DNA of 64,000 nt from an uncultured Loktanella sp. GTDB lineage: Bacteria > Pseudomonadota > Alphaproteobacteria > Rhodobacterales > Rhodobacteraceae. Positions within the stretch are counted from its first letter, which is position 1. Every line of letters begins with the position of its first letter. Position numbers and translations under genes: made by a program. Shown piece by piece: positions 1 through 9,027 of the stretch. The notes below the pieces were generated by a model. It made no database searches. It was not told where the DNA came from and saw nothing but the letters and a program-made list of their open reading frames with translations. The stretch spans positions 153 through 64,152 of the forward strand of contig CAZTKF010000007.1 of the NCBI GenBank assembly GCA_964614205.1, in the 5' to 3' direction.

Positions 1-305
1 CATTGGTTCGCGCCCCAGCCCTTGAACTTGCTATCGACCTTGTCCCACCAGCCGCCACCCTGCGGCCCGCCATCCTGCGGCTCCATATCCTTGATGCGGA
101 AGCTCAGCAGAACGGCCTTCTTGGCCCATTGGTTCACGTGCCAGCTGCCGTCATCCTGCTTTTCGGCGACACGCAATTGACCGCTATCGAGCGCATTGAG
201 CGTATCTTCGATCGCCTCGCGGGTTTCACCTTTGGTTGACGATGTGATCGTATCGCGGGCATCCCACGCAGCTTCTATGGCGGTCTCAAGGGCGGCATTG
301 GACAT
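1..305 (-). CDS. dapD: 2,3,4,5-tetrahydropyridine-2,6-dicarboxylate N-succinyltransferase, N-terminal part (gene runs off the window start)
   Basis: Absent from the ORF track because it has no stop in the window. My own minus-strand translation from ATG 305 gives [74 protein letters not shown]..., which looks like an alphaproteobacterial DapD N-terminus. The listed + ORF 3..239 is its antisense shadow. Confidence 0.8.
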   Translation of the reverse strand, partial: MSNAALETAIEAAWDARDTITSSTKGETREAIEDTLNALDSGQLRVAEKQDDGSWHVNQWAKKAVLLSFRIKDMEPQDGGPQGGGWWDKVDSKFKGWGANQ

Positions 306-447
306 GGGGTCTTCTCCGTAAAATGGTTTCTCAGGCTTCTAGCGGCGGCGGGCGGATCAATCAACGCTCCTTGGAAGGTGTCAGCCCTTGCAAACCAGAC
401 CCAGCCGCGCGACGTTGCTCTTAAATCAGGCAGGATACCCGAATACG

Positions 448-1293
448 ATGAAAGACAACCGCCAGCACCCGTTTCGCGATAGCCATCAGGACAGCGAGGC
501 GGCCAGCCATATCCCCGACACGCCACAAACGCGGGCGCCGTCCTATGCGCTGGCCTTCGCGGACGAGGCTTTCATGTATCGCGAAGAGCTGCGGCCCGTG
601 CGCTTGCAGCTTGAATTGCTGAAACCCGAATTGCTGATGAACGAGGCGGATATCAACTCGACCATCGTGCTGTTTGGCGGGGCGCGTATTCCTGAACCTG
701 CCAAGAAAGAGACGGCGCGGACCAAGACACTGGCCGATTTGTCCAGATACTATGAGGAGGCGCGCCGCTTTGCGCAAATGATGACGGCGAAATCCATGGA
801 ATCGGGTGGCACAGAGAATGTGATCGTCACCGGCGGTGGCCCCGGCGTAATGGAGGCCGGAAACCGCGGTGCTGCAGAGGCCGGCGGGCGGTCCATCGGA
901 CTGAACATCGTGCTGCCTCATGAGCAGGCGCCCAACACCTATGTCACGCCCGAGCTTTGCTTCAATTTCCATTACTTCGGTATCCGCAAGATGCATTTTC
1001 TGATGCGCGCCTCGGCCGTCTGCATCTTCCCCGGCGGGTTTGGCACATTGGATGAAATGTTCGAGGCACTGACCCTGATCCAGACCGGACGGATGGCGCA
1101 AATCCCGTTCCTGCTTTTCGGCCGTCATTTTTGGGAAAAGATCATCAATTGGGAGGCCCTCGCCGATGCGGGCACGATCTCGGCCGAAGATCTGAAACTG
1201 TTCCGTTTTGTCGAGACTGCAGACGAGGCCATCGCTGCGCTGGAAAACTGGGAAGGCAAGGGTGAAAAACGCGGAATGATTCCGGGCCGATAG
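448..1293 (+). CDS. LOG family / TIGR00730 Rossmann-fold protein (lysine-decarboxylase-like nucleotide hydrolase)
   Basis: Contains GGGPGVMEAGNRGA and PGGFGTLDEMFE motifs. The first ATG is at 448; the ORF-track start 388 is TTG. Confidence 0.8.
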   Translation: MKDNRQHPFRDSHQDSEAASHIPDTPQTRAPSYALAFADEAFMYREELRPVRLQLELLKPELLMNEADINSTIVLFGGARIPEPAKKETARTKTLADLSRYYEEARRFAQMMTAKSMESGGTENVIVTGGGPGVMEAGNRGAAEAGGRSIGLNIVLPHEQAPNTYVTPELCFNFHYFGIRKMHFLMRASAVCIFPGGFGTLDEMFEALTLIQTGRMAQIPFLLFGRHFWEKIINWEALADAGTISAEDLKLFRFVETADEAIAALENWEGKGEKRGMIPGR

Positions 1294-1294
1294 G

Positions 1295-1780
1295 GTGAAG
1301 GATGCGATCATGGTGATGGGTGTGTCCGGCTGTGGCAAATCCACGGTCGGTGCGGCCCTTGCCAAAGCAGTTGGCGGCGTGTTTCTGGATGGCGATGACT
1401 ATCATCCACAGTCCAATGTCGATCACATGGCGGCGGGACACCCCCTGACGGATGCGATGCGCTGGCCGTGGCTGGACCGGCTTGCGCAGGCGGTCCAAAA
1501 AAGGCGGGCGCAGTCAACCGTGGTCTTTGCTTGCTCTGCCCTGCGCAAGAGCTATCGACAGCATCTGCGTGCCGCGATCCCAGAACTGAAGATCGTTTAT
1601 CTGGATGCACCGTTTGACGTCATTGCCGAACGCATGGCTGCCCGGACCGCACATTTCATGCCGGCGTCCTTGCTGAAAAGCCAATTCGCGACACTGGAAC
1701 CGCCGCAGAATGTCGCGGCGCGCATCAACATGGATCAGCCCCCTGAAGTTATCGCGGATTTGCTGTCCACGATCCTTTGA
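1295..1780 (+). CDS. gntK: gluconokinase
   Basis: P-loop MGVSGCGKST is followed by FLDGDDYHPQSNVDHMAAGHPLTDAMRWPWL, the gluconokinase signature. GTG start lies just after the upstream stop; an alternative ATG is at 1310. Confidence 0.8.
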   Translation: MKDAIMVMGVSGCGKSTVGAALAKAVGGVFLDGDDYHPQSNVDHMAAGHPLTDAMRWPWLDRLAQAVQKRRAQSTVVFACSALRKSYRQHLRAAIPELKIVYLDAPFDVIAERMAARTAHFMPASLLKSQFATLEPPQNVAARINMDQPPEVIADLLSTIL

Positions 1781-1811
1781 GGGCCGCAGCTTTCGGGCGC
1801 CGGCCGGAGTG

Positions 1812-2987
1812 CTACAGCCCGGCGTCTTGCGCGATCTGCGCCTTTGACTTGCGCGCCCGTTCGGTTGCGGACTTCAACTGGCCGCAGGCTGCCATGATAT
1901 CTTCGCCCCGTGGTGTGCGGATCGGTGACGCGTACCCGGCTTTGTAGATGATATCAGCGAACTTGCGGATGCGGTTGTTCGAGGACCGTTTGTAGGGTGC
2001 CCCGGGCCATTCGTTGAACGGGATCAGGTTGATCTTGGCCGGAATGCCGTCGATCAATTTGATCAGGCGATGCGCGTCTTCGTCGCTGTCGTTCACGCCG
2101 TCAAGCATCACGTATTCAAAGGTGATCCGCTCGGAGTTCGACACCTTTGGGTACTCTCGCAGCGCATCCAGCAGATCGGCTATTGGCCAACGCTTGTTGA
2201 TCGGTACCAGCCGGTCGCGCACCACGTCTGTGGTCGCATGGAAAGAGACGGCCAGTTGACAGCCGATTTCAGAGGCCGTCCGCGCAATCTCCGGCACCAC
2301 ACCAGAGGTCGACAGTGTGATCCTGCGGCGGGATAGCGAAATGCCTTCGGGGTCCATCGCGATCTTCATCGCATCGCGGACGTTCTCGAAATTATAAAGC
2401 GGTTCGCCCATACCCATCAGGACAATATTGGACAGCAGGCGGGTTTCATCCTTGGGCGTCCCCGGGACCGGCCATTCGCCCAGATCGTCGCGGGCGACCA
2501 TAATCTGCCCCACGATTTCAGCCGCTGTCAGATTGCGTACCAACTTTTGCGTGCCGGTATGGCAGAAAGAACAGGTCAGCGTGCAGCCCACCTGACTGGA
2601 AATGCACAGTGTGCCGCGATCCGTTTCAGGGATATAGACAACCTCGACTTCATGCCCGCCTGCAATGCGCACCAGATATTTCCGTGTGCCGTCGTCGGAG
2701 ATTTGCCGCGTCACGACCTCGGGCAGTGCGACCACGAACTTGTCTGCCAGAAGCGCGCGGTAATCCTTGGCCAGATTGGTCATCTGCGCAAAATCGCGCA
2801 CGCCCCAATAGTAGATCCACTGCCAGATCTGCCCGACCCGCATCTTGGCCTGCTTTTCTGGCGTGCCAGCGGCAATCAGCGCCGCACGCATCTGGTCGCG
2901 GGACAAACCGATCAGGTTCTGCGGTCCTTCGGGCAGCTTGCGCGGAATGGTCAGCACGTCCTGCGTAATGGGGGCCTTGGCGTCCAT
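1812..2987 (-). CDS. rlmN: 23S rRNA/tRNA (adenine-C2)-methyltransferase RlmN (radical SAM)
   Basis: Has the [11 protein letters not shown] radical-SAM motif and C-terminal IMAACGQL. The ORF extends to 3044 but overlaps a terminator hairpin, so I prefer ATG 2987 ([11 protein letters not shown]...). Confidence 0.9.
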   Translation of the reverse strand: MDAKAPITQDVLTIPRKLPEGPQNLIGLSRDQMRAALIAAGTPEKQAKMRVGQIWQWIYYWGVRDFAQMTNLAKDYRALLADKFVVALPEVVTRQISDDGTRKYLVRIAGGHEVEVVYIPETDRGTLCISSQVGCTLTCSFCHTGTQKLVRNLTAAEIVGQIMVARDDLGEWPVPGTPKDETRLLSNIVLMGMGEPLYNFENVRDAMKIAMDPEGISLSRRRITLSTSGVVPEIARTASEIGCQLAVSFHATTDVVRDRLVPINKRWPIADLLDALREYPKVSNSERITFEYVMLDGVNDSDEDAHRLIKLIDGIPAKINLIPFNEWPGAPYKRSSNNRIRKFADIIYKAGYASPIRTPRGEDIMAACGQLKSATERARKSKAQIAQDAGL

Positions 2988-3027
2988 GGAGTGTCTCTCA
3001 ATTCGGGGTTTGAGGGCCATATAAGAG

Positions 3028-3061
3028 AAAGAGGCGGCCTCCACAAGGAAACCGCCTCTTT
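3028..3061 (-). terminator. intrinsic terminator-like hairpin downstream of the IalB-like gene
   Basis: AAAGAGGCGG (3028-3037) pairs with CCGCCTCTTT (3052-3061) as a 10-bp stem with a 14-nt loop. On the minus strand it is followed by TTTCTCTT. Confidence 0.5.
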
Positions 3062-3081
3062 GGTGTCGGGTCTAAGGTGCC

Positions 3082-3612
3082 TTATCCTGCGCAGCGATTG
3101 GCTGCTTCTTCCACTGCGGCAGTAAAGCCCAGCAGGCTGAAGGTATCCTGAGTCTGTGTGCCGCGGCCTGACCGGCCCGTGATGACGGCATTCGCACCGC
3201 GCTTCATAGCCTCTACGAATTTGGCGTCATCTTCCTGCGTTGCGGGCCAGGCTGTTTCGCCTTGCGTAAACATCTGAAAAGTCGTGTCGCCGATCTCGAC
3301 ACTGACGGTTGAGTCGCTTGCAAAGGGATAGCCGCCGGTGAACATCACCTGACCGTTCACATTCTCGGACGGACGGTAGAAGACAATCAACCTGATATCG
3401 CCGCGCCGCACATCGACAGCATTGCCGTCACGCGTGTTCAGTGTTTCTTTCGGGGCCGATACTGCCCAGCATTCGTTCGGGTCACTTTCCACAAACACGC
3501 TCCAATCGGTGTTTGCCGCCACGCGGTTATCGCTTTCTTCCTGCGCCATTGCTGCATTCGCCAGCAAGACGGCCAGGGACACGCCAATCATTCGCGAAAA
3601 ATTCAAAATCAT
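3082..3612 (-). CDS. invasion-associated locus B (IalB) family periplasmic protein
   Basis: Signal peptide MILNFSRMIGVSLAVLLANAAMA, with overall resemblance to IalB-family proteins. A GGAGG SD precedes ATG 3612. Confidence 0.65.
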   Translation of the reverse strand: MILNFSRMIGVSLAVLLANAAMAQEESDNRVAANTDWSVFVESDPNECWAVSAPKETLNTRDGNAVDVRRGDIRLIVFYRPSENVNGQVMFTGGYPFASDSTVSVEIGDTTFQMFTQGETAWPATQEDDAKFVEAMKRGANAVITGRSGRGTQTQDTFSLLGFTAAVEEAANRCAG

Positions 3613-3813
3613 CTTACAGCCTCCAAGCTGTCCTTGCCTCTGGATGCCCCATCCAGTCAATAGGCGCATCTGACGGCACCTTTTCGACTGGCGAGACGTT
3701 GTTCAACTCGATAGCCTAGAGCCTAGCAAAAATCCGCCCGCGGGGGAAAGCCCCATATCCGGGTCGCGCTTTGCGCTATCGAACCGACATATACAATCCA
3801 AAAAGGCGAAAGA

Positions 3814-4803
3814 ATGGCAAATCCCGTTGATCTGGTCGAAGTCTGGCGTGGTGACCTGCTTGAAAGCATTCACCAAGGTCACGCAGTTGTGACCGATGAG
3901 ACCGGACAGATCGTCGAAAGCTGTGGTGATCCCGAAGCGGTGATTTATCCGAGGTCTTCTTGCAAGATGATTCAGGCGCTGCCGCTCCTTGAGAGCGGCG
4001 CCGGGGCGCATCTGACCCAAGAGCAACTGGCCCTTGCCTGCGCATCGCACAACGGGGCAGCCATCCATACCGACCGTGTGCGGGCATGGCTGAAGGATCT
4101 TGGACTGACTGAAGATGCGCTGCACTGCGGGCCGCAGATGCCAGATGATCGTGACGCACGCTATAGCCTGATCCGCGCCTACGAAAGCCCTTGCCAGATC
4201 CATAACAACTGCTCGGGGAAACACACGGGGTTCCTGACACTGAGCCGGCATCTCAAGGCTGGTCCGGATTACGAGTTGATCGACCATCCGGTGCAGCAGG
4301 CCTGCAAGGCTGCATTCGAAGAAGTCACCCAAGAGACAAGTCCGACATTCGGGATCGACGGCTGTTCAGCCCCGAACCATGCCTGCACAGTCCATGGGCT
4401 TGCGCGGGCGATGTCTTTCTTTGCGACAGCGGGCGACCGCTCTGACCGGCGCAGCGAAGCTGCGCAGAAACTGGTCGCGGCGATGGTCCGCTATCCTGAA
4501 TTGGTGGCAGGCGAGACCCGCGCCTGTACCGAACTGATGCGGGCGATGGATCACAAGGTGGCCATCAAAACGGGTGCAGAAGGCGTTTTTGTCGCGATCA
4601 TCCCCGAAAGGCGGCTGGGTGTTGCCTTGAAAATCGCAGACGGGGCAACCCGAGCCAGTGAGGCCGCAATAGCTGCTATCCTTGTCAGATACGGCGTGCT
4701 TGACCCCGATCATCCGGCAGCCATTGCGCGCCGCAATCCTGCAATTCTGAACCGGCGGGGGCTGACAGTTGGCCAGATCCGCCCAACTGCAACCTTGGTT
4801 TGA
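3814..4803 (+). CDS. L-asparaginase II family protein (Rhizobium-type asparaginase)
   Basis: 329 aa with RSSCKMIQALPLLESGA and NCSGKHTGFL motifs, which I remember from the Asparaginase_II family. Confidence 0.7.
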   Translation: MANPVDLVEVWRGDLLESIHQGHAVVTDETGQIVESCGDPEAVIYPRSSCKMIQALPLLESGAGAHLTQEQLALACASHNGAAIHTDRVRAWLKDLGLTEDALHCGPQMPDDRDARYSLIRAYESPCQIHNNCSGKHTGFLTLSRHLKAGPDYELIDHPVQQACKAAFEEVTQETSPTFGIDGCSAPNHACTVHGLARAMSFFATAGDRSDRRSEAAQKLVAAMVRYPELVAGETRACTELMRAMDHKVAIKTGAEGVFVAIIPERRLGVALKIADGATRASEAAIAAILVRYGVLDPDHPAAIARRNPAILNRRGLTVGQIRPTATLV

Positions 4804-4806
4804 CCA

Positions 4807-5997
4807 ATGAGTGAAGTTCAAGACCAGTACGAGGCATTCCCCTATCCCGAACGTGATCCAAAGGACGAAACAAAGCGTCTGATCACGGGGTCACCTTCCT
4901 TGCCCTCCGAAATGGACCATTGGCTTTGGGGTGGTCAGCGCAACTGGTCGCAATCCCTGCAGGTTCTGGTTGCCGGTGGTGGTACGGGCGACGGTCTGGT
5001 CCAGTTGGCCCAACACTTGCACAGCGCCGGAAAACCCTATGACATCACCTATGTCGATCTGTCCAAGGCATCGCGCCGTATTGCCGAGGCGCGCATCAAA
5101 GCCCGCGCGTTGCCGAATGTCCGCTTCGTGACAGGTTCGCTCTTGGAGGCCGCCGATCTGGGCCAATTTGACTATGTCGACTGCTGCGGTGTCCTGCATC
5201 ATTTGCCGGACCCCGAAGAGGGGTTGCGGGCGCTGCGTGGCGCACTGGCACCGGGTGGCGGACTGGGCTTTATGGTCTACGCCCCCTATGGCCGCTCGGG
5301 GGCGTATCCGCTACAATCAGCCTTCAACCGGCTCTTCGGACACTTGCCGCCAAAATCACGGCTGAAACATGCCCGGTCAGCTTTTGAAAAGATTCCACCC
5401 GCCCACCCGATCAAGCGCAGCCTGACACTTGTGGACCAAAAACAGTCGGACGCGGGTTTCTATGATTTGCTTATCCATTCGCAGGACAGGGCATTCACGG
5501 TGGATGAATGGATTGCGGCGCTTGACAACACAGACTGGCAACTGGCGGGTTTTGCGCAGCCGGGGCTATATGATCTATCACAGTTTACTGACGTACCTGC
5601 TGACATGGACCCCGTGGCGCAGATGAAGGCTGCAGAAGAACTGCGCGGGACGATCAAGGCGCATGTGGGATACGCGCGGCCCAAAGCCGAGGTCGCACCT
5701 TCGTTGCGGGATATGGCAGATCGCACGCCACATCTGCGCGGCGCGCCGCGCGGCGCACTGGCGCAGGCGATTGCAAAGGGCAAGCTGCCCAAGCTGCGAA
5801 TTGGCCCAGACGAAATCGAGGTGACGATTTCACCCAAGGCGGCCCCGCTCATTGCCGCAATCGATGGTCGTGCAACCGTCGGTGAACTGATAGCAGCAAC
5901 GCAGCTTTCTCAAAAGGAGGCGTTGCATCTGTGGGGCAAGCTGGAAGCGGCGCTTTTGCCGTGGGGGCTTATCCACTATTCGGAATTCCAACGCTAA
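4807..5997 (+). CDS. class I SAM-dependent methyltransferase with an uncharacterized C-terminal extension
   Basis: SAM-binding motif VLVAGGGTGDG plus CCGVLHHLPDPEEGLRAL. ATG lies 4 nt after the upstream stop. Confidence 0.7.
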   Translation: MSEVQDQYEAFPYPERDPKDETKRLITGSPSLPSEMDHWLWGGQRNWSQSLQVLVAGGGTGDGLVQLAQHLHSAGKPYDITYVDLSKASRRIAEARIKARALPNVRFVTGSLLEAADLGQFDYVDCCGVLHHLPDPEEGLRALRGALAPGGGLGFMVYAPYGRSGAYPLQSAFNRLFGHLPPKSRLKHARSAFEKIPPAHPIKRSLTLVDQKQSDAGFYDLLIHSQDRAFTVDEWIAALDNTDWQLAGFAQPGLYDLSQFTDVPADMDPVAQMKAAEELRGTIKAHVGYARPKAEVAPSLRDMADRTPHLRGAPRGALAQAIAKGKLPKLRIGPDEIEVTISPKAAPLIAAIDGRATVGELIAATQLSQKEALHLWGKLEAALLPWGLIHYSEFQR

Positions 5998-6074
5998 CAG
6001 TTGATCAAAGACACAGCAGGCGGCACAGAGTTGGTCTGGTTCGCGGCCCGTCCAAAGCAAAGAAAGACAAAGAC

Positions 6075-6863
6075 ATGCCATTCACCCTTGCCACGTGGAA
6101 CATCAACTCGGTCCGTCTGCGCGAAGACATCGTCGCCCGCCTGATGCGCGACGAGGCACCTGATGTGCTTTGCCTGCAAGAATGCAAAAGCCCTGTGGAC
6201 AAGATCCCGTTGGAGCAGTTTCAGGCGCTGGGCTATACGCACATGGTCGCGCGCGGGCAAAAGGGCTATAACGGCGTGGCGATCTTTTCCAAAATCCCGA
6301 TGGTTGAGGCAGGGGCCGAGGATTACGCCGGTCTTGGTCATGCGCGCCACATCGCGGCCAAGCTGGAGAACGGTGTGACGATCCACAACCACTATGTCCC
6401 GGCCGGTGGCGATGTGGCGGATCGCGAGGTGAATGAAAAATTCGGCCAGAAGCTCGATTACCTGACCGACATGCGCGACGCCTATCATGCGCAGAAACCG
6501 GCAAAATCCATTCTTGTCGGTGATCTGAATATTGCACCGCGCGAAGATGACGTTTGGGATCACAAGAAACTGCTCAAAGTTGTCAGCCACACGCCGGTCG
6601 AAGTAGAGCACTTTGCCGATGTGATGGACGCGGGCGCATGGTCCGACGTCACGCGCAATGATATTCCTGAGGGCTTACTCTACAGTTGGTGGTCGTATCG
6701 CGCCAAGGATTGGGACGAGGCCGACAAGGGCCGCCGACTCGATCACATCTGGGCCACGCCAGACATCAAGAACGCCGCCCACAGCAGCCGTGTCTTGCGC
6801 GATGCGCGTGGCTGGGAAAAGCCCAGCGACCACGCGCCCGTTTTTGCCACCTTCGATCTGTAG
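6075..6863 (+). CDS. xthA: exodeoxyribonuclease III
   Basis: N-terminus MPFTLATWNINSVRLR, plus LCLQECK and C-terminal SDHAPV. The ORF-track start 5931 adds an implausible 48-aa extension. Confidence 0.9.
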   Translation: MPFTLATWNINSVRLREDIVARLMRDEAPDVLCLQECKSPVDKIPLEQFQALGYTHMVARGQKGYNGVAIFSKIPMVEAGAEDYAGLGHARHIAAKLENGVTIHNHYVPAGGDVADREVNEKFGQKLDYLTDMRDAYHAQKPAKSILVGDLNIAPREDDVWDHKKLLKVVSHTPVEVEHFADVMDAGAWSDVTRNDIPEGLLYSWWSYRAKDWDEADKGRRLDHIWATPDIKNAAHSSRVLRDARGWEKPSDHAPVFATFDL

Positions 6864-6872
6864 GGGCCTGCC

Positions 6873-7898
6873 ATGACACTTCCGACCTCGATGAACGCAC
6901 TTGTGCAATTGCATGATGGTTATGCAGGCACACAAACCGGCCCGAACATCAGCGACCTGTCCCCTTTTCTGGCCTATCAGGACGTACCCCTGCCGCAGCC
7001 CGCCGAGGGGCAGGCCCTGATCAAAGTACATCTGGCGGCGGTGAACCCGTCCGATATCCATTTTATCAAAGGCGAATACGGCCAGCCCCGCGTCAAAGGG
7101 GCACCCGCAGGTTTTGAGGCTGTGGGCGAGGTCGTGGCAGGGAATACACCGTTGATCGGAAAACGCGTCAGTTTCTTTGCCGGCGGGTCAGGCACATGGG
7201 CGGAATACGCGCTGGCTGATGTGGGTAGCCTTGTGCCCTGCCGCCCTGATCTGGCCGAAGTCGATGCCGCCTGTCAGCTGGTCAATCCGCTGACCGCGAT
7301 TGCGATGTTCGATCTGGTCAAGGAAAGCCGCGCCGAGAGTTTTGTGCTGAACGCCGCCGGATCACAGCTTGGGAAATACCTGATTGCGTTGGCTAAGGAT
7401 AATGGCGTCGCGCCAATCGCGGTGGTCCGGCGTGCCGAGCAGGCGGCGGAATTGCGCGACCTTGGCGCCCATGCCGTGATTGTGTCCACCCAACCGGACG
7501 CGCTTGATCAGGCCAAAACGGCCTTCCGCGCGCTGCCGCCCGCAATCTTGCTTGACGCTGTTGGTGACCAGTTCACGGCTGATCTGTTCTTTGCGATGCC
7601 CAAACACAGCACATGGGTAAACTACGGCAAGCTATCGCAAGAGGCCCCGCGACTGACCGAACTGGGCCAGCTGATCTTTATGAACAAGAAGATCGAGGGC
7701 TTTTGGCTGACGCGCTGGATCAAACAGGTGGGTGCGGACCGCGTGCGCGCGGGCTTTGTGGAAATCCAGGAGCGCTTTGTCAGTGGCGCATGGAAAACCG
7801 ATGTGGCGGGGATCGTGCCGTTGTCAGGGGCGATGGCACGGTTACCCGAAGTACTGGCCATGCCTGATGGCAAGGCGTTTATTGATCCGCGAGGCTGA
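6873..7898 (+). CDS. MDR-family NAD(P)H:quinone oxidoreductase / zinc-type alcohol dehydrogenase-like protein
   Basis: AAVNPSDIHFIKGEYG and a nucleotide-binding region NAAGSQLGKYLIALAK, typical of the MDR architecture. Confidence 0.7.
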   Translation: MTLPTSMNALVQLHDGYAGTQTGPNISDLSPFLAYQDVPLPQPAEGQALIKVHLAAVNPSDIHFIKGEYGQPRVKGAPAGFEAVGEVVAGNTPLIGKRVSFFAGGSGTWAEYALADVGSLVPCRPDLAEVDAACQLVNPLTAIAMFDLVKESRAESFVLNAAGSQLGKYLIALAKDNGVAPIAVVRRAEQAAELRDLGAHAVIVSTQPDALDQAKTAFRALPPAILLDAVGDQFTADLFFAMPKHSTWVNYGKLSQEAPRLTELGQLIFMNKKIEGFWLTRWIKQVGADRVRAGFVEIQERFVSGAWKTDVAGIVPLSGAMARLPEVLAMPDGKAFIDPRG

Positions 7899-7989
7899 TC
7901 TTGCTTGCATCTGCACTGTAAATCCGCGACACGCGCGCTTTCGGATCAGAAATGTTGAAAATGGCCCCAAGCGTTGCTAGTTTTCAGGT

Positions 7990-8445
7990 ATGCCCGGCGT
8001 CGGGGTGATGACGACGTGTTTTAAGGAGGACAATGAACTGTCTCTTTCTACAGCGGCTGATAGCTCAGCCAAAGCCGGAGCCGCAGCAATGACGGCCCAG
8101 CCTACAGCGACCAGTGAACGCCTCTTGGCGGCGGTCCTGAAATCTCTTGATGACGACAAAGGCGAAGACATCGTGCAGATCAATCTGCGCGGCAAGTCCG
8201 AGATGGGTGACTATATGGTCATCGCATCGGGGCGCTCGACCCGTCAGGTGACGGCCATGGCGGAAAAGCTGGCCGACAGGATCAAGCAGGAATTCGGGAT
8301 CATCTCGAAAACCGAAGGCAAAGACACCGGTGATTGGGTGCTGATCGACACAGGTGATATTATTGTGCACATTTTCCGTCCCGAAGTGCGCGAGTTCTAT
8401 CAGCTTGAAAAGATGTGGCAGCCCGGGACGGCGACCGCCGTCTGA
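7990..8445 (+). CDS. rsfS: ribosome silencing factor RsfS (iojap family)
   Basis: KGEDIVQINLRGKSEMGDYMVIASGRSTRQVTAMAEKLADRIK and GDWVLIDTGDIIVHIFRPEVREFYQLEKMW. The start is uncertain; in-frame ATGs occur at 7990, 8008 and 8089 (see finding on the uORF). Confidence 0.85.
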   Translation: MPGVGVMTTCFKEDNELSLSTAADSSAKAGAAAMTAQPTATSERLLAAVLKSLDDDKGEDIVQINLRGKSEMGDYMVIASGRSTRQVTAMAEKLADRIKQEFGIISKTEGKDTGDWVLIDTGDIIVHIFRPEVREFYQLEKMWQPGTATAV

Positions 8446-8915
8446 TGCGGGTCCAGATATGCGCTGTGGGTCGTCTGCGCAAAGGGCCCGAGCGTGACCT
8501 GTATGATGATTACCTCACCCGGTTTGACCGGACGGGGCGGGCGCTGGCCCTTGGTCCGGCACAATTGATCGAAGTCGAAGACAAAAAGGGCGGCGGCATG
8601 GCCGGCGAGGCGGCTTTGCTGGAACGGGCGGTGCCGGATGGCGCCCTGATTTGCACTCTGGACGAACGCGGTAAGGTCATGAGCTCGCCGGACTTTGCAG
8701 CCCTTCTCGCCGACTGGCGTGACCAAGGGAGGCAGGATGTCAGCTTTGTCATTGGCGGGGCAGACGGCATTGATCCCGCCCTACGAGACCGTGCCCATGC
8801 GTGCTTGAGCTTTGGCAAGATGGTCTGGCCGCATATGCTGGTGCGCTTGATGCTGGCAGAACAACTGTACCGCGCGGCGTCGATTCTTGCGGGCGGTCCC
8901 TATCATCGGGCCTAG
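8445..8915 (+). CDS. rlmH: 23S rRNA (pseudouridine1915-N3)-methyltransferase RlmH
   Basis: MRVQICAVGRLRKGPERDLYDDY... with a SPOUT C-terminus. ATG 8445 overlaps the rsfS TGA stop. Confidence 0.9.
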   Translation: MRVQICAVGRLRKGPERDLYDDYLTRFDRTGRALALGPAQLIEVEDKKGGGMAGEAALLERAVPDGALICTLDERGKVMSSPDFAALLADWRDQGRQDVSFVIGGADGIDPALRDRAHACLSFGKMVWPHMLVRLMLAEQLYRAASILAGGPYHRA

Positions 8916-8930
8916 GGTCGGAACTTTTGT

Positions 8931-8962
8931 GCCTCCGGTGGGAGTTTTCGCCAAGATGAAGA
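8931..8962 (+). repeat. dispersed short repeat, copy D
   Basis: GCCTCCGGTGGGAGTTTTCGCCAAGATGAAGA lies in the rlmH-gpmI spacer and aligns to the copies at 35224, 43618, 50393 (reverse) and 63269. Confidence 0.7.
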
Positions 8963-9027
8963 CTGGAGCCTGTTTCCCTGCGACAGCGCCTGCGCTAGGG
9001 ATACCTTGAGAAGAAAGGGAGGTCACC

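Noticed and set aside
3-239. 78-aa + strand ORF at the window start
   Set aside because: It is antisense to the dapD N-terminal coding region, which has a far more convincing translation.
5931-6074. ORF-track N-terminal extension of xthA
   Set aside because: Exonuclease III homology begins exactly at MPFTLATWNINS (ATG 6075). The extension overlaps the upstream methyltransferase's 3' end.
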